The notes under the pieces were generated by a model. It was not told where the DNA came from, ran no database searches, and was given only the letters and a program-made list of their open reading frames with translations. This document shows positions 44,324-50,972 of a stretch of DNA of 50,972 nt, piece by piece; within the stretch, counting starts at the first letter, position 1; each line of letters starts with the position of its first letter. The position numbers were made by a program, and so were the translations under genes. Source of the stretch: a virus (lineage: Duplodnaviria > Caudoviricetes); IMG/VR virus record IMGVR_UViG_3300026191_000002, positions 1-50,972 of that record. The stretch is one strand, 5' to 3'.

Positions 44324-44722
44324 TTAAACAGATATAACCTCAGAGTAAAGCACTACCAATGCAATCAATGATGTGAACAAAAAGAATTGATAACCTAACC
44401 TGCTTTTCCAAACTCCATTCTGCAAACCATAAAGCTCAAGATAGGAAGCATTTGCTGATACCTTTTCAAATTGATGTAGTTTTGGTGGATATTTTTTATA
44501 AGCAACGAAAGCAGTAGCCCAAAATGGATAGCCAACGTTTAGCTGAATTTTGTAACAAATCCACCAAAACAAAAACACAAAAATTGCTATCGATAGCAAC
44601 CAACCAAATACACTTCCCTTTTGTAAAAAAATAAAATTACTGCTCAGTGTGAATAGAACGCTTAAAGCGTAACCCATTCCTAAAATCTTAACTATGGCGA
44701 AAGCCACTTCTAACCAAGTCAT
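44324..44722 (-). CDS. Multi-TM membrane protein convergent with cI
   Basis: Three to four hydrophobic helices; AT-rich; lies between cI and oL. Confidence 0.7.
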   Translation of the reverse strand: MTWLEVAFAIVKILGMGYALSVLFTLSSNFIFLQKGSVFGWLLSIAIFVFLFWWICYKIQLNVGYPFWATAFVAYKKYPPKLHQFEKVSANASYLELYGLQNGVWKSRLGYQFFLFTSLIALVVLYSEVISV

Positions 44723-44771
44723 ACAACTTAATTCCTTTTAATTAAAAATAAATATTCACATATTTTAAAAA

Positions 44772-44816
44772 AGGTTTTCCTATTTATTTGACACTTTTAA
44801 TAGGATATCCTATTAT
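44772..44816 (+). promoter_or_regulatory. oL/pL: promoter with two operators
   Basis: TTGACA (44788)-17 bp-TATTAT (44811); AGGTTTTCCT at 44772 and the perfect palindrome AATAGGATATCCTATT at 44799-44814. Confidence 0.88.
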
Positions 44817-44875
44817 CTGTTTGTGAGTAGATTTTAGCGCCACTGAACAGGCGCAATTAACTAAAGGTGTCACCA

Positions 44876-45586
44876 ATGACCAACATCATTCCTTTCAAAT
44901 TCAAATCAGCACCAATTCGTGTTGTTGAGCGAGATGGTATTCCTATGTTTGTTGCAAAAGATGTTGCAAGCCTTCTTGGTTATTCAAACATTAATGACGC
45001 TATAAAGCGCCATTGCGAGGGGGTCGTGAAACACGACCTCCCTTCTTCGAGCGGAACCCAGTCGTTTTCTCTAATTCCAGAATTTGACGTTTATGCTTTA
45101 ATTTTGAGATCGAAACTCCCAGAAGCTAAAAAGTTTAGACGATGGGTTTGCGAAGAAGTGCTTCCATCTATTCGCAAAACAGGCTCTTACACTGCTAATC
45201 AGCCAGTAGTTCCCCAGACACTGCCCGAAGCACTTCGTTTGGCTGCCGACCTTGCTGAAAAACTAGAAGATGCCAAGCCGAAAATAGCGTTCGCTGATGC
45301 GGTTAACGATTCAATTAACTGCGTAACCTTTCAAGACTTTGCCAAAGCGGTAGGCACTGGCCAAAACAGATTATTTAAAACATTGCGCGACCACGGCTTT
45401 CTCCAAGTTCGTGACGGGCAGCGCAACAAGCCTTATCAGCAATTTGTGGATAACGGCTTGTTCAAGCTTGTTCAAGGGACTTATAAAGACCGCAAAAGTG
45501 GCGAAGTGCAAACTTACTTCAGAACAGTTATTACCCCAAAAGGGCAAATGTATTTTCAAAATAAGTTTTTCAACAAAGCAGCTTAA
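44876..45586 (+). CDS. ant: Antirepressor (BRO-N plus KilAC/ANT domains)
   Basis: FVAKDVA..LGY, WVCEEVLPSIRKTGSY, PQTLPEALRLAADLAE, GQNRLF and TPKGQ motifs. Confidence 0.92.
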   Translation: MTNIIPFKFKSAPIRVVERDGIPMFVAKDVASLLGYSNINDAIKRHCEGVVKHDLPSSSGTQSFSLIPEFDVYALILRSKLPEAKKFRRWVCEEVLPSIRKTGSYTANQPVVPQTLPEALRLAADLAEKLEDAKPKIAFADAVNDSINCVTFQDFAKAVGTGQNRLFKTLRDHGFLQVRDGQRNKPYQQFVDNGLFKLVQGTYKDRKSGEVQTYFRTVITPKGQMYFQNKFFNKAA

Positions 45587-45597
45587 GGATAAAAAAC

Positions 45598-45981
45598 ATG
45601 ACCTACTGCCACGTATCAAATCAAATCGCGCAACATGCGAACCAGCCTGAAGTAAATGGCTTTGCTGATTTAAGCGAATGGGAACAAGAAACTATTGTTT
45701 CTACTTTGTCTGATGCTGTTTTATTCGATGAAGTTTCACTTACATGGGCTGACTACCCTCACACCGTTAACCTTGAATTTGCAATGCAAAGCCTTTTAGA
45801 AGAAGCCGAGTTTATTGAAGAATTGGCAGCCGCAGTGCTTAACACTAATGCCGCCAAAACGCTTTTAGTCAATCAGCGCCAAGCTGAAACCAAAGGCCTA
45901 ATTAAACACGCGCTTGATACCACGAATAACCCGCCAGAAGGTTATTCATTCGGCGAACTACTAATGGGTAAAGCAGCATGA
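45598..45981 (+). CDS. Acidic hypothetical protein
   Basis: AAGGA RBS; coupled to the next gene. Confidence 0.7.
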   Translation: MTYCHVSNQIAQHANQPEVNGFADLSEWEQETIVSTLSDAVLFDEVSLTWADYPHTVNLEFAMQSLLEEAEFIEELAAAVLNTNAAKTLLVNQRQAETKGLIKHALDTTNNPPEGYSFGELLMGKAA

Positions 45982-46406
45982 ACCTTACCCAACGTGAACA
46001 GCAGGTTTATGACCTGATGATAACAGGTGCTAGCCAGCGCACTATCGCCAAAATAATCGGCTTTTCAGTGCGTAGCGTTAAGCAGCACAGCGCACATATT
46101 TTCAAAAAGCTTGATGTTCATTCAACGCGTGAAGTTGTGGCAAAGCACTACATTGGCATGGGTCACGCGAATGAGAACGGAATGCCAGGCGCTGAATTGC
46201 TTTCTAAAGCTGAACGCCGCGTTTACGACCAACTTATTACTGGTGTAAGTCGCAAGCAGATTGCAGCAAAGATTTTCTTATCTGAACACACTGTTCGCTT
46301 TCACCTGAGAGTTATCAGTCAAAAACTAGGCACCAACTCAATGCTTGAAATAGTCATTAAGCACTACACAAGCGGTCACAACACTGAAATGAAGGAAGCA
46401 GCATGA
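45978..46406 (+). CDS. Tandem double LuxR/GerE-type HTH protein
   Basis: LTQREQQVYDL..IA......VK.H...IFKKL and LSKAERRVYD..IA..IFLSEHTV.FHL..I..KLG. Confidence 0.85.
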   Translation: MNLTQREQQVYDLMITGASQRTIAKIIGFSVRSVKQHSAHIFKKLDVHSTREVVAKHYIGMGHANENGMPGAELLSKAERRVYDQLITGVSRKQIAAKIFLSEHTVRFHLRVISQKLGTNSMLEIVIKHYTSGHNTEMKEAA

Positions 46407-46510
46407 ACACGTTTTTATTAGCAATTGGATTGTTTGTTTTGATGGGCGCTTTTGCGTTCTTAGTTGGCGCTTTCATTCGCACTGGCCAAGGCGAGCGTGA
46501 CGAAGAATGA
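46403..46510 (+). CDS. Single-TM peptide (35 aa, not in track)
   Basis: MNTFLLAIGLFVLMGAFAFLVGAFIRTGQGERDEE; ATGA coupling. Confidence 0.6.
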   Translation: MNTFLLAIGLFVLMGAFAFLVGAFIRTGQGERDEE

Positions 46511-46611
46511 ACACGATATTCACGCTAATTTCGATAGCACTAGTGTCACTCTTCTTTATCGCTGTTATCTCAACGGTAGAAGCAATAAAGAGTATCGATT
46601 TTAAGAAGTAA
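46507..46611 (+). CDS. Single-TM peptide (34 aa, not in track)
   Basis: MNTIFTLISIALVSLFFIAVISTVEAIKSIDFKK; ATGA coupling. Confidence 0.55.
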   Translation: MNTIFTLISIALVSLFFIAVISTVEAIKSIDFKK

Positions 46612-46692
46612 ACCGCGCCCCCGAAGGGGCACAAACCACGGCTGCGAAGTTTTGGACAGACAGAGCAGCCATAGCAACGAGGATGATAAACG

Positions 46693-46995
46693 ATGGAAAT
46701 CCGAACCACAAACACTAAAGGCTTATTTTGCCTTCAATGGCGTGATAGTGGCGTAAATGGCAGTGAGCATTTTACTCGCCTAGAAACTATCACCAATTCA
46801 CGTGACACCGATGTAACGCTATGTCGTGAAGGTGTACCTGGCACAACGCTAAACATCGATTCTGATGCCGTAGACGCGTTTTTTGAAATGGCTAACAACG
46901 TCGATGTGCCTATTGATGTAATCAACCCTTTTCCAGCAACTGAAACAGTTACATCGTCTGCCAAGGATGGCAAACCTATAGAGGACGCAGCGTGA
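46693..46995 (+). CDS. Hypothetical protein
   Basis: GAGG RBS; ends EDAA. Confidence 0.7.
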   Translation: MEIRTTNTKGLFCLQWRDSGVNGSEHFTRLETITNSRDTDVTLCREGVPGTTLNIDSDAVDAFFEMANNVDVPIDVINPFPATETVTSSAKDGKPIEDAA

Positions 46996-47153
46996 TTTTC
47001 GTTACTTACAAAGAGTATCACAAGGCGCTTGCAGAAAAGCGTATGTGGAAAGCATTGGGGCTTCACGCAATGGTTGTTAACCGTCCTAACGGTTGGAAAG
47101 TGAAAGTAATCGGTTTAGTTAAAAATATCAAAGGAGTAAGCAATCATGGATAA
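46992..47153 (+). CDS. Small basic hypothetical protein (53 aa, not in track)
   Basis: GTG coupled to the previous stop; fills the gap to recT. Confidence 0.55.
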   Translation: MIFVTYKEYHKALAEKRMWKALGLHAMVVNRPNGWKVKVIGLVKNIKGVSNHG

Positions 47154-48060
47154 CCAACAACTAGCGCCAATTGAAATGTTTCGCCGCGACCTGCAAAAAG
47201 AAGGTTCGCGTTTGAAAGCCAGTTTGCCAGCACACTTACCATTAGAGCGCTTCCAGCGTGCCGCAATGATAGCGGTTGAAAACAACATGGAATTACTAGC
47301 TTGCGACCCTCAAAGCCTAATGACTTCTTTAAGCCGCTGTGCGCAAGACGGTCTTGTACCTGATAACCGCGAAGCAGCCATGGTTATATTTAACACCAAG
47401 AGCGGAAACAACTGGGTAAAGAAAGCTCAGTATATGCCTATGGTCGATGGTGTTCTAAAACGCGCTCGCCAGTCTGGTGAAATATCCACAATTACGGCAC
47501 GCGCAGTTTACGAGAACGACCAATTTGATTACTGGATTGATGAAGACGGTGAACACGTTCAATTCAGACCTAACCTACATGGCGACCGCGGCAGTTTTAA
47601 ACTTGTTTTTGCTATGGCTAAAACCAAGTCGGGCGAGTTGATTGTTGAACCTATGTCAAAAGACGAGGTTGAAAAGGTTCGCATGTCTTCAAAGAACCCC
47701 GACAAAGGGCCATGGAAAGACTGGTATGAGCGCATGGCATGTAAATCTGTATTGCACCGTCTATCACGCCGACTACCTAACAGTAGTGAGATTATGGAAA
47801 TGCTAAAGCATGACCATGAGGGCTACACCTTTTCAAATACTCGTGAAGAAAAGCCTATCAATGAAGCGCCAGTGATAAACGAAAAGCCTGTTTACACGCA
47901 GGAAATGTTTAACGGCGAAGCCAACAAGTGGGCTAACGCAGTAAGCGCAGGGAAAATCACGCCTGAAGCGATTATTACCAAGCTATCGGCATCTTATGAA
48001 GTTCCTTCAAAAGTCCGTGAGCAGATTGAAACCATTGTAGACGTAGCAGAGGAAGCGTAA
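47146..48060 (+). CDS. recT: RecT-family single-strand annealing protein
   Basis: LPAHL..ERF.R, CAQDGL.PD.REA, VYENDQF and GPW..WY..MA.KSVL.RL..RLP motifs. Confidence 0.92.
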   Translation: MDNQQLAPIEMFRRDLQKEGSRLKASLPAHLPLERFQRAAMIAVENNMELLACDPQSLMTSLSRCAQDGLVPDNREAAMVIFNTKSGNNWVKKAQYMPMVDGVLKRARQSGEISTITARAVYENDQFDYWIDEDGEHVQFRPNLHGDRGSFKLVFAMAKTKSGELIVEPMSKDEVEKVRMSSKNPDKGPWKDWYERMACKSVLHRLSRRLPNSSEIMEMLKHDHEGYTFSNTREEKPINEAPVINEKPVYTQEMFNGEANKWANAVSAGKITPEAIITKLSASYEVPSKVREQIETIVDVAEEA

Positions 48061-48062
48061 CC

Positions 48063-49757
48063 ATGAAGCATATTAACGTTACCCAAGGAAGCGAAGCTTG
48101 GCTAAAACTTCGTAAAGATTTTTTCACCGCATCAGAAGCCCCAATGATGATGGGTGATCACAAAAACATTAGTCGCAACCAATTGCTAGATGCAAAGAAA
48201 GGCTGGACCACGATTGTAGACGAGTATCTACAAAAGCTTTTTGATAAAGGTCATGCAACTGAAGAAGCGGCTCGCCCTCTTGCTGCCGCCGATGTAGGTG
48301 AAGATTTATTCCCTGTTACCGGCTCACTAGAGGTTGAAGGCTTATCGCTACTTGCCAGCTTTGACGGTTTAACCATGTTTGATGATGTGTGTTTTGAGCA
48401 TAAGCTTTTCAACAAAACGCTTGCTGAGAACGTGCTTAATAACGTGCTAGAGCCTCACTACTATTGGCAGTTAGAGCAGCAACTATTAGTGTCTGGTGCG
48501 GATAAGTGCTACTTCGTTACCAGTGATGGCACGAAAGACAACTGGCAAGCAATGTATTACGTGTCAGTTCCTGAAAGACGCGAAGCGCTTATTAAAGGCT
48601 GGAAGCAATTCGCCATTGACTTAGAAAACCATGAGCCCCAGGCAAAAGTTGAGAAAACCGTTACCTCTGGTCCAGTACGCGAACTGCCATCCATCAACTA
48701 CAAAATGAATGGCTTAGCACTAGAGTCAAACCTAGAAGCGTACAAGCAAGCAGCAACTGACCTTGTGGCGCTATCTGAAAAGCCTCTTGAATCAGATCAA
48801 GACTTTGCCGATGCAGAAGCGCGTCAAAAGGTTTTCACCAAAGCAGAGAAGGACATTAAAAACGCATGTGATCGCGTTATGGGCGAGATTGATTCAATCG
48901 ATAACTTTGTAAAAGACATGCGCTTTATCTCTGAACAGATTCGCCAAGCGCGACTAGCTGAAGGTAAGCAAATCAAAGCGCGTAAAGAAGAATTGCGCGA
49001 AGAGATTCTTAACAAGGCTAATCAAGAAGCTTCAAAGGCGCTTAACGAGGCGATGGCAAAAGTTAACGCCAAACTGCCCAACATAGACTTTGACCCTTTC
49101 ACGGCCATGAAAGGCAAGCGCACTATTGAGTCACTTCAAGACGCGGCTGACACCGAAGTCGCAAAAGCAAAAATTCAAATCAATGAGTTCGTTGAAGTAG
49201 CACAAGCCAACATGCTTGTTATTGCCGATAACCGCGAGTTCGATTTCCTCTTTAACGACTGGGCCCAAATTGCTTTCAAAGCAACTGAGGATTTCAAGAC
49301 GTTGGTAACGGCTCGCATTGCAACTTACCAGGCTGAACAAAAAGCCAAAGAAGATGCAGAACGTGAACGCATTCGTCAAGAAGAGCAAGCGAAGCTGCAA
49401 CGTGAAGCTGAAGCGAAAGCGCGAGCAGAAGAGCAAGCCAAGCGTGATGCGGAAGAGAAAGCCCGTTTTGATGCTGAGTCAGAAAGCAACAAGCAGTACA
49501 TGGCAGCAACAAACCAGTTAGCACAGGAAGCAACCACCAATGAGCCAAAAGAAGAAGTTCAGCCAGAACCGCAAACGAAGCCAGCGCCTAGCGTGGTTCG
49601 ACAAGAACAAGCACCAACGCGCCAATACTCAGTAATGGAGCTTAACGCTATGGATCAGCTAGCCAAGCTAGTTGAAGAAGCCAACAAGACTTACGCAAAT
49701 GACCTACGCCAGTTCGTTGAATCGGTTAAGGCTAACAACTTGAAGAAGGTGGCGTGA
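48063..49757 (+). CDS. YqaJ/lambda-exonuclease-family nuclease with long coiled-coil C terminus
   Basis: QGSEAWL..R...TASEA, GH..E, ASFDG, FEHK and YYWQLEQQL motifs. Confidence 0.9.
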   Translation: MKHINVTQGSEAWLKLRKDFFTASEAPMMMGDHKNISRNQLLDAKKGWTTIVDEYLQKLFDKGHATEEAARPLAAADVGEDLFPVTGSLEVEGLSLLASFDGLTMFDDVCFEHKLFNKTLAENVLNNVLEPHYYWQLEQQLLVSGADKCYFVTSDGTKDNWQAMYYVSVPERREALIKGWKQFAIDLENHEPQAKVEKTVTSGPVRELPSINYKMNGLALESNLEAYKQAATDLVALSEKPLESDQDFADAEARQKVFTKAEKDIKNACDRVMGEIDSIDNFVKDMRFISEQIRQARLAEGKQIKARKEELREEILNKANQEASKALNEAMAKVNAKLPNIDFDPFTAMKGKRTIESLQDAADTEVAKAKIQINEFVEVAQANMLVIADNREFDFLFNDWAQIAFKATEDFKTLVTARIATYQAEQKAKEDAERERIRQEEQAKLQREAEAKARAEEQAKRDAEEKARFDAESESNKQYMAATNQLAQEATTNEPKEEVQPEPQTKPAPSVVRQEQAPTRQYSVMELNAMDQLAKLVEEANKTYANDLRQFVESVKANNLKKVA

Positions 49758-49981
49758 TGTTTTTAATCGAATATGGCAAAGGTCATTTTATTAACGCAGA
49801 CATTATTACTTCGGTCCATATCGACAAAAAAGGAGTGCGTTTCTACGTTGTGAACGACTATGAAAGTGAATTTAACGTAGAAGAGGGTTACGAGAATACG
49901 TTTTGCAACAACCTTCAGGCGATAAATCAGAACATTACGAACATCGAGTCTGAGCTAAGAGGTATCAGAAATGGCAATTAA
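49754..49981 (+). CDS. Hypothetical protein
   Basis: Coupled ORF; FINAD.I motif. Confidence 0.7.
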   Translation: MMFLIEYGKGHFINADIITSVHIDKKGVRFYVVNDYESEFNVEEGYENTFCNNLQAINQNITNIESELRGIRNGN

Positions 49982-50360
49982 CACTCACGGCCAGCGCATT
50001 CAGTTTGGCAAGCATAAGGGCGAGTTGTTCACTCGCCTGCCGGTAAGTTACTTTAAATGGATGGTTAATGAAAACGCACCACAAGCTGATATCGCCAAGG
50101 CAGAATTTGAACGCCGTGGCGATACCATGCCAGAAGTTGAGCTATCAGGCCATGCAATTGATAACGCGTCCATTCGGGTTAGAAAGATATGGCATGAAAC
50201 CAAGAATGAGAATGAGGGAATTTACTCTTGGCTTCAACGCATGACCAAAGAATCGCTAGAAGCAAACAACGTTCATAACGGCAAATACAAGCATAAAGGC
50301 ATGAAGCTAGTTATTGAGCAAGGTGAAGAGTTTCCTGTTCTAAAAACAATTATGCGATAG
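49971..50360 (+). CDS. Hypothetical protein with FGKHKG (DUF3820-like) motif
   Basis: IQFGKHKGE....P.SY.KWM. Confidence 0.75.
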   Translation: MAINTHGQRIQFGKHKGELFTRLPVSYFKWMVNENAPQADIAKAEFERRGDTMPEVELSGHAIDNASIRVRKIWHETKNENEGIYSWLQRMTKESLEANNVHNGKYKHKGMKLVIEQGEEFPVLKTIMR

Positions 50361-50441
50361 AGGCGGCTTAGGCCACCTCTGTAACTTTTCTTACTAAAAG
50401 GTAAAGAATATTACACCCCTTCGGGGGCTAAAGGGAAACCC

Positions 50442-50630
50442 ATGACTACAATCATAATAAACAACAAGCCAATACGCATTCATGCCACTGTGGTAGCACG
50501 TGTTCAGAATCTACTAGAAGCGGGTGAAAGTATTGAAACGGTGCGCCAGAAAACAGGGCTTTCAAAAGGTCGCGCATCGGCATTAATCGACACTATTCAA
50601 GGTCAAGCACAAATGGGGAGAGTGGCGTGA
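50442..50630 (+). CDS. Small HTH-like hypothetical protein; homolog of 1700-1891
   Basis: Ends AQMGRVA within repeat D. Confidence 0.75.
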   Translation: MTTIIINNKPIRIHATVVARVQNLLEAGESIETVRQKTGLSKGRASALIDTIQGQAQMGRVA

Positions 50631-50972
50631 GTGAATTACAAGACATGCTTCGCGTACAAGCTAGGCTCCACAGAAAGCAAGGTGCTAATGCCTTGGGTGA
50701 TTTGTTCCAATCTGCCGCTCTGGAAATTGAGATATTAACGGAACGCCTAGAAAACCCGCAAGGATTGCAGGAATTGATTTGCGTTGAGCAAATGAAAGAA
50801 ATTTCTTTGCCTGAAATACATCGAGCAAATCAAAAGCTTCACGAACAACTAGCAAAGGCTAATGAGCGTGTTGATGGCCTTGAAAAGGCACTGGCAAATT
50901 GCGCAGATGCTTTGTACGAAAGCAACATAAATCACAAAAAAGCTATTGATAAGATACAAGCAGAATGCATTG
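50627..50972 (+). CDS. Modular protein truncated by the window end (new N module, repeat A, same C module as 3275-3637)
   Basis: GTG at 50627, MSELQDMLRVQ...HEQLAKANERVDGLEKAL... open to the end. Confidence 0.8.
   Translation, partial: MSELQDMLRVQARLHRKQGANALGDLFQSAALEIEILTERLENPQGLQELICVEQMKEISLPEIHRANQKLHEQLAKANERVDGLEKALANCADALYESNINHKKAIDKIQAECI
50846..50972 (+). repeat. 127-bp end identical to internal 3380-3506
   Basis: Base-by-base identity starting at CAACTAGC of repeat A; the preceding base differs. Confidence 0.97.

Larger units (their letters stand above)
1..50972. mobile_element. Temperate lambda-like siphophage (near-complete genome, attP configuration)
   Basis: Integrase, attP, cI/cro, replication, lysis, cos, terminase, portal, capsid and tail genes in lambdoid order; no recognisable host genes. 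Confidence 0.97.

Noticed and set aside
801-49548. Numerous 60-145 aa antisense or alternate-frame ORFs in the track (e.g. 2671-3006, 25659-26072, 38163-38600, 49131-49436)
   Set aside because: They are shadows of well-supported genes, with no RBS or motifs.
50846-50972. Biological terminal direct repeat
   Set aside because: It matches an internal site rather than the start, its length equals a common k-mer, and a cos site exists elsewhere.

Overview
The window is an essentially complete temperate lambda-like siphophage genome. The host is probably a marine gammaproteobacterium, which is an inference only. Modules in order: an accessory early region built from repeat-linked small genes (59-5834); excisionase/integrase and an intact attP carrying the 3' half of tRNA-Leu(TAA) (5835-7305); four large receptor-binding or carbohydrate-active tail-end proteins (7330-15454); a lambda-type tail, head and terminase with a lambda-like cos site (15457-31907); lysis genes under a Q-type late promoter and terminator (32648-34440); a nin-like region with three putative DNA methyltransferases; a replication initiator with iterons; a ~700-nt structured non-coding block; a cro/cI switch with AGG-N4-CCT operators; and an antirepressor plus RecT/YqaJ recombination genes. 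The last 127 bp (50846-50972) are identical to 3380-3506, so the sequence is a 47,466-bp loop plus an alternative 3.4-kb arm, and the two versions diverge exactly at one of the short repeats that structure the accessory genes. The top candidates for novelty are (1) the repeat-linked gene and half-gene shuffling array, (2) the non-coding block with conserved closing stems around variable inserts, and (3) Ig-like domains in the tail-end proteins that are split by large inserted domains, in one case across two genes. All protein family calls are motif or synteny recognition by eye; no database search was run.
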